In this document: positions 18,562 through 31,707 of the stretch, in pieces
How the letters are laid out: each line of letters begins with the position of its first letter
How positions within the stretch are numbered: position 1 is the stretch's first letter
Source of the DNA: an uncultured Candidatus Izemoplasmatales bacterium
Lineage (GTDB): Bacteria > Bacillota_I > Bacilli_A > Izemoplasmatales > Hujiaoplasmataceae
Assembly (NCBI GenBank): GCA_964459895.1
Contig: CAYWOK010000001.1
Span: forward strand, 1 to 51,562
DNA: 51,562 nt
Reading direction: 5' to 3'
Made by a program: the position numbers and the translations under genes
The notes under the pieces: generated by a model
Database searches by the model: none
What the model saw: the letters and a program-made list of their open reading frames with translations, nothing else
What the model was told of the DNA's origin: nothing

Positions 18562-18578
18562 TAAGGGGATGACCCAAA

Positions 18579-18914
18579 TTGGAAAAAACATACCGCATTA
18601 AAAAAAATATTGAAATTGAAACGATCATAAGACAAAAAAACAACGTTGGGAATAGCTATTTTGTGATTTATCAGGCTCCAAGCGGGACCAACCAACACTT
18701 TCGTTTCGCTATCAGTGTCCCGAAAAAATTTGGGAACGCCGTAAAGCGAAACCTAATGAAAAGGCGAATCAGGGAAATAGTTGGACATACCGAGTTTATA
18801 AGTCAATGTGATTTTTTGGTTATTGTGAAAACAAAAGCTAAAGAATTGGACTTTTCATATATAAAAGAAAATTTAATTAAATTATTCGCGCGCGCGAAAA
18901 TAATAAAAGGATAG
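18579..18914 (+). CDS. rnpA: ribonuclease P protein component
   Basis: 111 aa. RNR-type motif KKFGNAVKRNLMKRRIRE. TTG start after SD AAGGGGA. Conserved position after rpmH. Confidence 0.9.
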   Translation: MEKTYRIKKNIEIETIIRQKNNVGNSYFVIYQAPSGTNQHFRFAISVPKKFGNAVKRNLMKRRIREIVGHTEFISQCDFLVIVKTKAKELDFSYIKENLIKLFARAKIIKG

Positions 18915-18920
18915 GACGCT

Positions 18921-20015
18921 ATGAAAAAGAACAAGATAGTAGCATTAATATTAATTGTATTCATCTTTTTGGGGCTAACTGGATGCGGTTCAAAAACAGG
19001 CGTGGTTTCATATGCAAATTACGACAAAATTGTTACTGTAACCGAAGACGCAAATAATGCGACATCATTCAGTGGAACGATCGTATTGCTTGGAACTCCC
19101 GCTTCTAATACAAGTACTTTCAACGGCACTGGGGTAGTGGAATGGACGGAAGGAGAGGCAACAATTATCGTCACTTTTGCAAATTTTGAAGCTGTCGATA
19201 AATCTCAAACCGGATTATTTGCAACCTCAGACTTGACTCCGATCGGGTCGAAAGATTCGTGGACTGATTGGGTTGTCAAACAAGTGGCGATTTTCACCTT
19301 TCATGCCAGCAATCTCTTCGGACTGTTAGGGTCCACATATTTTTATTGGATCGGACTTCTGTTCATGACTTTAGTCATCAGAACAATAGGGTGGCCGATT
19401 TATGCCAAAAGTAATGATATGACAATCAAAATGCAAATTGCTCAGCCAGAACTTACAAAATTACAGGATAAATATAAAGGAAAAACTGATCAAGCCTCAA
19501 AACAAAGAATGCAAATGGAAACCATGGAGATCTACAAGAAATACAAAATAAATCTCTTTGGATGTTTCATGCCGCTGCTCCAGATGCCGATCTTTCTTGC
19601 CATGTATTCTGTCGTTCGTCGTTTTCCGGTCACGGATACGGCCGTATTCGGCAATGGATCAGCGGTAATGAATTATTCATTCTTATGGACAGATTTGGGC
19701 AATACAAATTGGCTTGAAAATTTACCATTGGCAATCATCGTTGCCGCAACTATGTTTCTAAGTCAATGGATTATGCAAAAACGCACAAGGGCAAACCAAA
19801 AGAACAACCGTTATCAAGATGCTAAAGCCCAACAAAGCCAGAAAATGATGAAGTTCATGATGTATTTCATGATTCTGATGATGGCGTATATCTCCATCGG
19901 CAATGCGGGTATTGCATTCTACTGGATACTTGGAAACTCATATCAATTATTACAAAGTTATGTCAGCCATAAGCAGGCAGACAAAAAACAAGAAGCAATT
20001 AGAAAGCAATTTTAA
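18921..20015 (+). CDS. yidC: membrane protein insertase YidC (lipoprotein type, long N-terminal extracytoplasmic region)
   Basis: 364 aa. Lipobox LTGC. YidC/Oxa1 core (GWPIYAKS...MQIAQPEL...KINLFGCFMPLLQMPIFLAMY) and a basic C-terminus. Confidence 0.9.
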   Translation: MKKNKIVALILIVFIFLGLTGCGSKTGVVSYANYDKIVTVTEDANNATSFSGTIVLLGTPASNTSTFNGTGVVEWTEGEATIIVTFANFEAVDKSQTGLFATSDLTPIGSKDSWTDWVVKQVAIFTFHASNLFGLLGSTYFYWIGLLFMTLVIRTIGWPIYAKSNDMTIKMQIAQPELTKLQDKYKGKTDQASKQRMQMETMEIYKKYKINLFGCFMPLLQMPIFLAMYSVVRRFPVTDTAVFGNGSAVMNYSFLWTDLGNTNWLENLPLAIIVAATMFLSQWIMQKRTRANQKNNRYQDAKAQQSQKMMKFMMYFMILMMAYISIGNAGIAFYWILGNSYQLLQSYVSHKQADKKQEAIRKQF

Positions 20016-20029
20016 TAGGGGGAAACACA

Positions 20030-20650
20030 ATGAAATCGATTCGATTTGAAACGAAAACCCTGAATGATTCCGCAATCAAATATGCCGCAGACGAACTTCG
20101 GGTCAACAAAAATTACATAGAGTTGAAAGTAATCGAGGAAAAAAGAAGCATTTTGGGCTTAAATAAAACCTATATTGTCGAAGCTATGGTCACATTTGAT
20201 CCCCTTCGAGACGGCATAGAGTATTTAAAAACCATTTTAACCGCAATGGAAATCGAAGCTGTTGTCGAAGCTAAGGCCGAAGAAAATAGACAAATTGTCT
20301 TTTCAATCGACGCTAGCGAAAACCCGCTTCTAATCGGAAAAGGCGGTAAAACGCTTGATGCGATTCAGATTCTAATGAAAAATTACATCAATCTGTTCAC
20401 CGACGAATTCTATGTTGTTTTGGTTGATGTCGGCGGTTACAAATCGCAACGAAAAAAACAGCTTGAAATCATTGCCACAAAAACCGCAAAAGAAGTTGCC
20501 AGATCAAAAGTGGCAGCACGTCTTGGAAAGATGAACGCTTACGAAAGAAGAGTTGTTCACACCAAATTGTCCGATTGGCGGGATGTAATTACTGAATCCG
20601 AAGGCGAAGAACCCAATCGGTACGTCGTGATCAAACCTAAGCACAAGTAA
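20030..20650 (+). CDS. jag: Jag/KhpB RNA-binding protein (Jag_N-KH-R3H)
   Basis: 206 aa. KH-like LIGKGGKTLDAIQ and R3H-like ERRVVHTKL. Conserved position after yidC. Confidence 0.88.
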   Translation: MKSIRFETKTLNDSAIKYAADELRVNKNYIELKVIEEKRSILGLNKTYIVEAMVTFDPLRDGIEYLKTILTAMEIEAVVEAKAEENRQIVFSIDASENPLLIGKGGKTLDAIQILMKNYINLFTDEFYVVLVDVGGYKSQRKKQLEIIATKTAKEVARSKVAARLGKMNAYERRVVHTKLSDWRDVITESEGEEPNRYVVIKPKHK

Positions 20651-20651
20651 G

Positions 20652-21203
20652 ATGGACCGGTTAATTGTCGGGTTAGGAAACCCGGGAAAAAAGTATGCAA
20701 AATCAAAACATAACATCGGATTTATGTGTCTAGATGCGTACGCCAAAGCCAACAAACTAAAATTTTCCAAAGAAACTAAATTCGTTGGGGAAATATCAAT
20801 TCAGGGACAAACCATATTTTTGAAGGCAAAAACATTCATGAATCTCTCTGGCAATTCGGTTAAAGCGGTTCAAGGTTTTTATCAAATAGACACAGAAAAT
20901 ATTCTTGTCATATCAGATGATATTGATTTACCGTTTTCAAAGATCCGTTTAAGAGAAAGAGGCGGGTCAGGCGGGCACAATGGATTGAAGTCCATTATCG
21001 GACAATTAGGTTCGGAAAACTTCAAAAGGCTCAGAATCGGAATTGACAGAAACGAAGCGGTTGACGCCAAAGATCATGTCCTGAGCGATTTTTCAAAAGC
21101 CGAATTGAAACTGTTGAACGATGAATTGATCAGATATTCTCAGATTATTGAGGATTTTGCGCGCGGAGAAGACTATCAAAATATCATGAACAAATATAAT
21201 TGA
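20652..21203 (+). CDS. pth: peptidyl-tRNA hydrolase
   Basis: 183 aa. Motifs GLGNPGKKY, HNIGF and GGHNGLKSI. Confidence 0.95.
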   Translation: MDRLIVGLGNPGKKYAKSKHNIGFMCLDAYAKANKLKFSKETKFVGEISIQGQTIFLKAKTFMNLSGNSVKAVQGFYQIDTENILVISDDIDLPFSKIRLRERGGSGGHNGLKSIIGQLGSENFKRLRIGIDRNEAVDAKDHVLSDFSKAELKLLNDELIRYSQIIEDFARGEDYQNIMNKYN

Positions 21204-21228
21204 AACCGCTTGAATCAAGCGGTTTTTT
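21203..21228 (+). terminator. pth terminator
   Basis: Stem AACCGCTTG/CAAGCGGTT followed by T6. Confidence 0.85.
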
Positions 21229-21280
21229 AATTGAATCCTTTCACATCTGACCAGTTTGACTTTATTCAGTCAAGGAAGAG

Positions 21281-21289
21281 TGATATAAT
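21281..21289 (+). promoter_or_regulatory. extended -10 (TGaTATAAT) directly upstream of the SDR gene
   Basis: TGATATAAT at 21281-21289. Only 5 nt separate it from the ATG at 21295. Confidence 0.45.
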
Positions 21290-21294
21290 ATATC

Positions 21295-22107
21295 ATGAAC
21301 AAAAACCAGATCCGAAAGGAATACATACAATTGAAAGCAAATAAATATGCAGGAAAATATGCAATCGTAACTGGTGCGTCCAGCGGAATTGGAAAAGCAA
21401 TTTCAATGGAGCTTGCGAAAAAACAAGTAAATTTAATTCTGGTAGCAAGAAGAATAGAGAGACTTAATGCGATAAAAAAAGACTTGGAAAACAATTATAA
21501 AATAGATGTTATTGTAAAAAGTTATGATTTGAGCGACATCAAAAACTGTCATCTTCTTCATGAGGAAACAAAGGAATATGATCCAGAAATTATCATAAAT
21601 AACGCAGGGTTTGGGCTGGTGGGGCTCTTTCAAGAAATTCCTCTGGACAAAGAGTTGGAGATGCTTCGACTCAATCTTGAATCGGTGCACGTGATGACAA
21701 AACTATTTGTTTCTAGCATGAATCATGGCATTATCATGAACGTTTCCAGCATGGCGGGACTCCTTCCGACGCCTCTTATGGCAGCGTATTCTGCCAGCAA
21801 AGCATATGTATTAAACTTTTCTAGAGCAGTAAATCACGAGTTACACGAACAAAAAAAGAACATCAAAATCATGGTTTTATGTCCCGGGCCAGTCGATACA
21901 GAGTTTGCCGGCGTTGCTAACGTAAAGCAGAGCATGAAGGGCATGAGTGCATCAGAATGCGCCAAGATAGCAGTAAAAGGAATTGAACGAGGAAGGGGAC
22001 TTGTTGTTCCGGGATGTCTTATGAAACTGACTCAATTCATGGTTAAGTTGCTTCCAGTGAAGTTAATTCTCTTCTTTTCATACCGCTTTCAAAAATCAAA
22101 AAGATAA
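21295..22107 (+). CDS. short-chain dehydrogenase/reductase with a hydrophobic C-terminal tail
   Basis: 270 aa. Cofactor motif TGASSGIGKA, NNAG, catalytic YSASKAY. C-terminal LMKLTQFMVKLLPVKLILFF. Confidence 0.88.
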   Translation: MNKNQIRKEYIQLKANKYAGKYAIVTGASSGIGKAISMELAKKQVNLILVARRIERLNAIKKDLENNYKIDVIVKSYDLSDIKNCHLLHEETKEYDPEIIINNAGFGLVGLFQEIPLDKELEMLRLNLESVHVMTKLFVSSMNHGIIMNVSSMAGLLPTPLMAAYSASKAYVLNFSRAVNHELHEQKKNIKIMVLCPGPVDTEFAGVANVKQSMKGMSASECAKIAVKGIERGRGLVVPGCLMKLTQFMVKLLPVKLILFFSYRFQKSKR

Positions 22108-22172
22108 CCATTTCTATTTATGATATACCCCCTGCGAGTTGAAAAACTCGCAAAACGCACGTGAGGTGAACT

Positions 22173-25100
22173 ATGAACAAAGCGCTTGAATTTCTTTTAG
22201 AAAAACCGAATTTCAAAGAATTTGTTAAAGAAATACAATCCGAATCAAGGGGAATTCAAATTGAAAATACTACCGAAGAAACTGGGTTATTTTTGGTTCA
22301 AGCTGCATTTAACAAATCACGGAAATCAATTGTTATTGTAGCTCCAAATTTATACCATGCGCAAATGATATATGATAAATTAAGTATAACGATGAAAACG
22401 GATGAGGTTCTCTTTTTTCCTCAAGACGAATTTATAACAAGCGAAATGCTGGTCTCGTCTTGGGAATTTAGAATCGAACGGATTAATACAATTAAAAACA
22501 TTTTAAAAAATAAGCGAATAATACTTGTCACTCACCTTCCAGGAATATTGAAACCACAATTGTCACCAAATCGTTGGAAAAGCGCTATATTCAGCCTTAT
22601 TTCGGGACATGAAATATCTATTGAAAAGTTAGCAAATCGGTTGTTTCAACTTGGATATTCAAAAGAATACACAGTGGAAAAAATGGGAGATTACAGTATT
22701 CGGGGAGGCATTGTGGACATCTTTCCATTAGGAGAAAAATCTCCAGTTCGTCTAGATTTTTTTGGAGAATTGATTGAAAAGATCAAAATGTTTGACATAG
22801 AATCGCAAAGATCATCTCAAATCATTGATTCGATTGAAATTTTGCCTATGACTGAGTTCTTCTTCAACGAAAACGATTATTTATCAATACAAAACGAAGT
22901 CAATAATAAACTTTCATCTACAAATATTGCAATCGAAACAAACGAACGAATAATGGACGATTTATCAAGACTGTCGGAGAGAAACGATTTGGACAGACTA
23001 AAAAGGTATATTTCTTTTCTTCCTGATAACAAATTTACAATTCTAGATTTTCTTCCAAATAAACTAGTTTTCTTCTTTAATTACGGTCGAGTCATTGATC
23101 AATACAAACTCTTGCAACAAGATTTATCTGACTGGTTCATTCATACAAGCGATTATGCAAAAATGGGGTTTTCGTTTTTCTATCCACTTGAAGAAATCGA
23201 GATAATTCAACCGATATTCTTGAATTATCTCATTGATATTTCTAATGTAGAAGTTGATAAAAAATTTTCTTTTACTGGCAACGAACCGCTCAAATTCGAC
23301 GGTAATCTTAATCTACTAATACAACAACTTAAAGAGAATTCTAAATCTGTCACTACCTTGATCTCAGTTAGGTCTTCAAAATCTAGAATACAACTTACAG
23401 ACTTGTTATCGGATAGTAATATCGAGTACTGTCTAATTGGAAACAAGGATACTTTAATTGAGTCCCATATCAATATCATAATTTCTGATGAATATTTTGA
23501 TTACTATTCTGATTCTGAGAAATTGATTATTATTACCGAAAACGCCATTCAAAGAAAGCAAGTTTTACGTAAGAAAGGGCAGTATGTTTCGGTGTATGAA
23601 AATAGTAAACGTCTTTCATCTATTAACGATTTGAAGCACGGCGATTACGTTGTTCACTATGATTATGGTATTGGGAGATTCCTTGACATCAAAACAATTG
23701 AACTTGGAAATACTCTGAACGATTATATTCACATTGAGTATAGAGACGGGGATAAACTATATATTCCTATAGAGTCTTTTTCTCAGATACAAAAATACGC
23801 CGGAAGCGAAGGGTTTATGCCTCGACTGTCAAAGCTTGGAGGGGCCGATTGGAGCAAGACTAAACAAAGAGTCAGAAATAAAGCAAAAGACATTGCAGAC
23901 AAATTGATTCAACTTTATTCGCTTCGGGAAAAATCCACTGGCTTCTCCTTTTCTTCAAACCCAGACATGGAATTGGATCTCGAGACTGATTTTCCTTTCG
24001 TGGAAACCAGAGACCAGCTGAAAGCCATCAATGAAGTTTTTTCAGACATGGAATTGGCAAAACCAATGGACAGACTGCTTTGCGGAGATGTCGGTTTCGG
24101 CAAAACAGAAATTGCTCTTCGAGCTGCATTCAGAGCAGTATTAAACAATAAACAGGTTGCATATTTGGCTCCGACAACCGTTTTATCAAAACAGCATTAT
24201 CAGACATTTTCAGACCGTCTGAATAAGTTTGGCGTCAATGTAGTACTACTTAACCGTTTTGTTTCAAAAAAACAACAGCACGAAATTTTGGATGGTTTGA
24301 GGGTGGGTACGATCGACATCTTGATCGGAACCCACAGAATTCTGAGCCAAGATATTGTTTTTCATGATCTTGGACTTTTGGTGATTGACGAGGAACAACG
24401 CTTCGGAGTTCAGCACAAAGAAAAAATCAAGGAAATGAAAGTCAATGTTGATGTCTTATCGCTATCGGCGACTCCAATTCCCAGAACTTTACAGATGGCA
24501 ATCATGGGAGTTAAAAACATGAGTCTTTTGGAAACCGCCCCCGAAAACAGATACCCAATCCAGACATATGTATTAGAAAGAAACGATACAATTGTTAAAG
24601 ATGCCATCGAAAGAGAATTAGCAAGAAAAGGACAGACCTTTTATTTATATAATCGCATTGATGATATTGAAGACATTGCAATGAATATTCAAAAATCTGT
24701 TCCTGAGGCAAAAGTTGCAGTTGCACATGGACAAATGCACAAGCATGAATTAGAATCAGTAATCGATGATTTCATAGATCAAAAAATAGATGTATTGGTT
24801 TCCACTACAATTATTGAAACTGGTATTGATATTCCTAATGCCAATACTTTGATCATCCACGATTCCGACCGGCTCGGATTGGCGCAACTATATCAGATTC
24901 GAGGAAGAGTTGGAAGAAGCAATCGCATCGCATATGCATATCTAATGTTCAAAAAGAACAAAATATTGACTGAAGAAGCCGAAAAAAGACTAAAAGTGAT
25001 CAAGGAATTTACCGAACTGGGAAGCGGCTTCAAAATTGCGATTCGCGATTTGTCGATCAGGGGAGCGGGAGACATCTTGGGAAGTGAACAATCTGGATTC

Positions 25101-25631
25101 ATCGATTCTGTTGGAATTGATCTTTATATGAAGATCCTTGAAGAAGAAATTCACGAAAAACAAGGCCTTATTGAAACGAAAGAACCGAAATCAATTGTCA
25201 AGGCGACGGTTTCTAGATATATTGATGAAAAATACATCGAAGACGATTTTGTCAAAATAGAAATGCATAATAAAATAAATGCTATCGAGAAAATCACTGA
25301 CATTGAAGATCTTTTGCATGAATTCAAAGACAGGTTTGGTGAATACGAACAGGAATTGGAAATATACATGTATGAACGACTATTTGAAAAACTGTCAGCA
25401 AAGATAAAAAGCGAACGGTTGATTGAAAGCAAAACCAATGTTACCCTATCGTTGTCGGAATCAGCAAGTAAAACGATTGCCGGAGACAAGTTGTTTTCTT
25501 CCGGTATTGAAATTTCTAAATTCATCCGTTTTGCGTACAGAAACCGGCACATTCAAATCATTCTTGACACTGTTGGGTTGGAACGGCATTGGCTTTATAC
25601 GATGGTCGAATTTTTGGAAAAAATAACCTAA
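22173..25631 (+). CDS. mfd: transcription-repair coupling factor
   Basis: 1152 aa. RNAP-interacting GDYVVHYDYGIGRF, helicase motifs GDVGFGKTE and DEEQRFG, QLYQIRGRVGRS. Confidence 0.96.
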   Translation: MNKALEFLLEKPNFKEFVKEIQSESRGIQIENTTEETGLFLVQAAFNKSRKSIVIVAPNLYHAQMIYDKLSITMKTDEVLFFPQDEFITSEMLVSSWEFRIERINTIKNILKNKRIILVTHLPGILKPQLSPNRWKSAIFSLISGHEISIEKLANRLFQLGYSKEYTVEKMGDYSIRGGIVDIFPLGEKSPVRLDFFGELIEKIKMFDIESQRSSQIIDSIEILPMTEFFFNENDYLSIQNEVNNKLSSTNIAIETNERIMDDLSRLSERNDLDRLKRYISFLPDNKFTILDFLPNKLVFFFNYGRVIDQYKLLQQDLSDWFIHTSDYAKMGFSFFYPLEEIEIIQPIFLNYLIDISNVEVDKKFSFTGNEPLKFDGNLNLLIQQLKENSKSVTTLISVRSSKSRIQLTDLLSDSNIEYCLIGNKDTLIESHINIIISDEYFDYYSDSEKLIIITENAIQRKQVLRKKGQYVSVYENSKRLSSINDLKHGDYVVHYDYGIGRFLDIKTIELGNTLNDYIHIEYRDGDKLYIPIESFSQIQKYAGSEGFMPRLSKLGGADWSKTKQRVRNKAKDIADKLIQLYSLREKSTGFSFSSNPDMELDLETDFPFVETRDQLKAINEVFSDMELAKPMDRLLCGDVGFGKTEIALRAAFRAVLNNKQVAYLAPTTVLSKQHYQTFSDRLNKFGVNVVLLNRFVSKKQQHEILDGLRVGTIDILIGTHRILSQDIVFHDLGLLVIDEEQRFGVQHKEKIKEMKVNVDVLSLSATPIPRTLQMAIMGVKNMSLLETAPENRYPIQTYVLERNDTIVKDAIERELARKGQTFYLYNRIDDIEDIAMNIQKSVPEAKVAVAHGQMHKHELESVIDDFIDQKIDVLVSTTIIETGIDIPNANTLIIHDSDRLGLAQLYQIRGRVGRSNRIAYAYLMFKKNKILTEEAEKRLKVIKEFTELGSGFKIAIRDLSIRGAGDILGSEQSGFIDSVGIDLYMKILEEEIHEKQGLIETKEPKSIVKATVSRYIDEKYIEDDFVKIEMHNKINAIEKITDIEDLLHEFKDRFGEYEQELEIYMYERLFEKLSAKIKSERLIESKTNVTLSLSESASKTIAGDKLFSSGIEISKFIRFAYRNRHIQIILDTVGLERHWLYTMVEFLEKIT

Positions 25632-25651
25632 AGAAGCAAATTAACACTTTT

Positions 25652-25680
25652 AAAAAGCGCAAAACATTATGCGCTTTTTT
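25652..25680 (+). terminator. mfd terminator
   Basis: AAAAAGCGCA...TGCGCTTTTTT hairpin followed by a T-run. Confidence 0.8.
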
Positions 25681-25738
25681 GTTTGTATGAAAATAATTAA
25701 CAAAACCACACTTAACTTTTGTGTTTGGAAAATAAACA

Positions 25739-25767
25739 TTGAAAATTATATAATAATATTATATAAT
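25739..25767 (+). promoter_or_regulatory. promoter of the yaaA-recF-gyrB-gyrA-serS unit
   Basis: TTGAAA (25739-25744), 17 bp spacer, TATAAT (25762-25767). Embedded in a 13-bp-periodic AT repeat. Confidence 0.55.
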
Positions 25768-25820
25768 ATTATATATAAAGCAACAGTTTTGTGACACTTT
25801 GAATGCGACGGAGGAAACCG

Positions 25821-26035
25821 ATGAAAACAATAAAAATCAACAGTCCTTTCATTACGCTCGGACAATTATTGAAATATGCTGATATCATTCAAAGCGGCGG
25901 ACATGCAAAGCTGTTCCTTGAGGAAAATATCATCCTCTATAACGGAGGACTCGAATCAAGGCGAGGGAAAAAAATTTTTCCCGGAGACACAGTTACCATC
26001 AACGGGGATATCGTTTTGAGAATAGAGACTAAATC

Positions 26036-26039
<4 letters not shown>
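25821..26039 (+). CDS. yaaA: S4-domain RNA-binding protein YaaA
   Basis: 72 aa, MKTIKINSPFITLGQLLK...GKKIFPGDTV. SD GGAGGA. Conserved position immediately upstream of recF. Confidence 0.85.
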
Positions 26040-29037
<2,998 letters not shown>

Positions 29038-29045
29038 GGGGAAAC

Positions 29046-31694
29046 ATGGACAACATTATTGAAAACCAAATCAACATTGCGAATAAAGTCTTGGAGATAA
29101 ACATCTCAACAGAGATGAAAACCTCTTTTTTGAGTTATGCGATGAGCGTTATTGTGTCGCGCGCTCTTCCTGACGTCCGCGATGGGCTCAAACCCGTTCA
29201 TAGAAGAATTCTCTACGGAATGGACGAACTCGGAGTGTATCCGGATAAACAATATAAAAAATCCGCAAGAATCGTCGGCGATGTCATGGGTAAATATCAC
29301 CCTCACGGCGACTCTTCAATCTATGATGCGATGGTTCGCATGGCTCAGGATTTCAGCTACCGATATCCTCTGGTCAATGGACACGGAAACTTTGGTTCAA
29401 TTGACGGAGACGGAGCAGCTGCTATGCGTTACACCGAGGCAAAAATGGAAAAAATCACGGTGGAAATGCTGAAGGATTTGAAAAAAGACAGCGTTGATTT
29501 TATCGATAATTATGACGGCTCGGAAAAAGAACCAAAAGTATTGCCGTCAAAAATACCCAATCTTTTAATTAATGGCGCTACTGGCATCGCTGTCGGTATG
29601 GCAACCAACATTCCGCCACACAATCTCGGAGAAGTAATTGACGGATATATAGCCTTCATCCAAAATCCGGATATCGAAGACGATGAATTGTTCAACTATA
29701 TTAAAGGACCAGACTTCCCGACGGGCGGAGTGATTTTAGGCATCTCCGGAATCAGGGAAGCTTATCTGACTGGCAGAGGCATAGTACGAGTCAAAGCCAA
29801 GACACAGGTGATTGATACAGCTTCCGGGAAAAAACAGATCATCATCAAAGAGATACCTTACCAAGTAAATAAAACAACTTTGATTGAAAGAATTGCCGAA
29901 CTTGCCAAAGACAAAAAAATCGACGGAATTACTGATCTCCGCGATGAGTCCAATAATAGAAACGGCATGCGCGTCGTGATGGAACTGAGAAGGGATGTCA
30001 ATCCGGAAGTCTTGCTTAATAACCTATACAAGAATTCCCAACTGCAGACTTCATTTGGAATCAACATGCTGGCTTTGGTGAACGACAAACCAGAAGTCTT
30101 GCCACTTAAAGAGATGATCAGGCACTACTTTAATCACCAGACAGATGTGTTGGTCAGAAAAACCAAGTTTGACTTATCAAAAGCCTATCAAAGAGAACAC
30201 CTTTTAAAAGGATTTATTATCGGGCTTGACAATATCGAAGATGTAATAAGAATTATTCGGGACTCCTACGATGATACCGAATCAAAATTAATGCTAAAAT
30301 TCGAACTTAGTGAAATTCAAGCCAAGGCGATTTTGGCAATGCAACTTAAGAAATTATCAGGGCTTGAGAGTGATAAAATCCACGCCGAGCTCCAAGACAT
30401 CGAAAAGGCGATAGAATTTTACAACAGAATATTAAATGACCAGGAAATGCAACACCAAATCCTGATTTCCGAAGCCAGAGAAATCAAAGAAAAATACGGA
30501 GACGAAAGACGGACAGAAATCGATGTCTTTGGTGATTATGACATTGAAGATGAAGATTTGATCCCTGTTGAAGATGTTATCATTGCCGTTACGACCAATG
30601 GATATGTGAAACGCATGAATGTCGATGTGTACAAATCACAAAACCGGGGTGGAAGAGGTAAGACGGGAATGAAGATGAACGAAGACGACGTGATTGACTC
30701 GATCATCTCGACTTCGACTCATGATTATCTATTGTTCTTTACTTCCTTAGGAAGAGTGTATAAAATAAAAGGGTACAAAGTACCAAATTATGGCAGAAAT
30801 TCCAAAGGATTGCCGATTGTTAACTTGCTGAACCTTTCCGAGCACGAAACGTTAGCCGCAGTCATGAGTGTCCATGATTTTGAAGAAGGATATCTGTTCT
30901 TTACTACCAATAAAGGAATCGTCAAGCGGACCAAGGTATCCGATTTTCAAAACATCAGAACCAATGGCATTCGCGCCATCTCTCTACGAGACGACGATGA
31001 ACTTCACAGCGTTAAGCTTACCGACGGCAACAGAGATGTAATCATAGGTGCATCCAACGGAAAAGCAATCAGATTCAACGAACATGATGTCAGATACATG
31101 GGCAGAAACGCCGCTGGAGTCAAAGGAATTTCATTGTCTGGTAAAGAATCTGTCATCGGAATCACCACCGTCACGGGTGAGAGAAACGAAATACTTGCAA
31201 TCACGGAATTCGGGTATGGAAAGAGAACCGATGTCGACGAATATCGTCTTCAAGGCCGAGGAGGCAAGGGCGTCAAGACCATCAATGTCACAGCCAAAAA
31301 CGGCCATTTGAAGAAACTTATCAGTGTCGTCGGCGATGAAGATTTGCTTGTAGTAACCGACAAAGGCATGATCATCCGGGTCCCGATCGACCAAATTGCT
31401 CAGACTAAACGTTCGACACAAGGGGTCAGGATTATTAATCTGTTGGAAAATCATGAAGTCGCAACAATCGCAATCGTCCCCAAAGAAGAAATGTGTGATG
31501 ATTATCTGGAAAATCCAGAAGAGGCACCTTGCATTCCGAACCCCGAAATTGAAACAATAAATCCCGTAAAATCTGAATTCAAAATGGACGAATACAAAGA
31601 AATGGAAAAACGTTCAATGGAATCAGAGACCGAAGACGAAGAAGAAACAGAAGAAACAGACGACATTGACGATATTTTAAGCGATAGTTATTAG
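29046..31694 (+). CDS. gyrA: DNA gyrase subunit A
   Basis: 882 aa. Motifs [37 protein letters not shown] and the active-site region [12 protein letters not shown]-terminal beta-pinwheel repeats and an acidic tail. Confidence 0.97.
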   Translation: MDNIIENQINIANKVLEINISTEMKTSFLSYAMSVIVSRALPDVRDGLKPVHRRILYGMDELGVYPDKQYKKSARIVGDVMGKYHPHGDSSIYDAMVRMAQDFSYRYPLVNGHGNFGSIDGDGAAAMRYTEAKMEKITVEMLKDLKKDSVDFIDNYDGSEKEPKVLPSKIPNLLINGATGIAVGMATNIPPHNLGEVIDGYIAFIQNPDIEDDELFNYIKGPDFPTGGVILGISGIREAYLTGRGIVRVKAKTQVIDTASGKKQIIIKEIPYQVNKTTLIERIAELAKDKKIDGITDLRDESNNRNGMRVVMELRRDVNPEVLLNNLYKNSQLQTSFGINMLALVNDKPEVLPLKEMIRHYFNHQTDVLVRKTKFDLSKAYQREHLLKGFIIGLDNIEDVIRIIRDSYDDTESKLMLKFELSEIQAKAILAMQLKKLSGLESDKIHAELQDIEKAIEFYNRILNDQEMQHQILISEAREIKEKYGDERRTEIDVFGDYDIEDEDLIPVEDVIIAVTTNGYVKRMNVDVYKSQNRGGRGKTGMKMNEDDVIDSIISTSTHDYLLFFTSLGRVYKIKGYKVPNYGRNSKGLPIVNLLNLSEHETLAAVMSVHDFEEGYLFFTTNKGIVKRTKVSDFQNIRTNGIRAISLRDDDELHSVKLTDGNRDVIIGASNGKAIRFNEHDVRYMGRNAAGVKGISLSGKESVIGITTVTGERNEILAITEFGYGKRTDVDEYRLQGRGGKGVKTINVTAKNGHLKKLISVVGDEDLLVVTDKGMIIRVPIDQIAQTKRSTQGVRIINLLENHEVATIAIVPKEEMCDDYLENPEEAPCIPNPEIETINPVKSEFKMDEYKEMEKRSMESETEDEEETEETDDIDDILSDSY

Positions 31695-31707
31695 GAGGGT
31701 ACATCTA

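Noticed and set aside
25151-25552. 133-aa antisense ORF inside mfd, and similar ORFs at 27119-27457 (gyrB) and 49940-50392 (multidomain gene)
   Set aside because: All are embedded antisense in long coding regions. None has a ribosome-binding site or recognisable domains. They are treated as spurious.
25669-25791. 40-codon ORF (MRFFVCMKIINK...) in the mfd-yaaA spacer
   Set aside because: It starts inside the mfd terminator stem, has no SD, and runs through the AT-repeat promoter. Its composition reflects AT-rich non-coding DNA.
31695-31707. T-box leader upstream of serS
   Set aside because: The gyrA-serS gap is only 13 nt, which leaves no room for a T-box. serS appears co-transcribed with gyrA.
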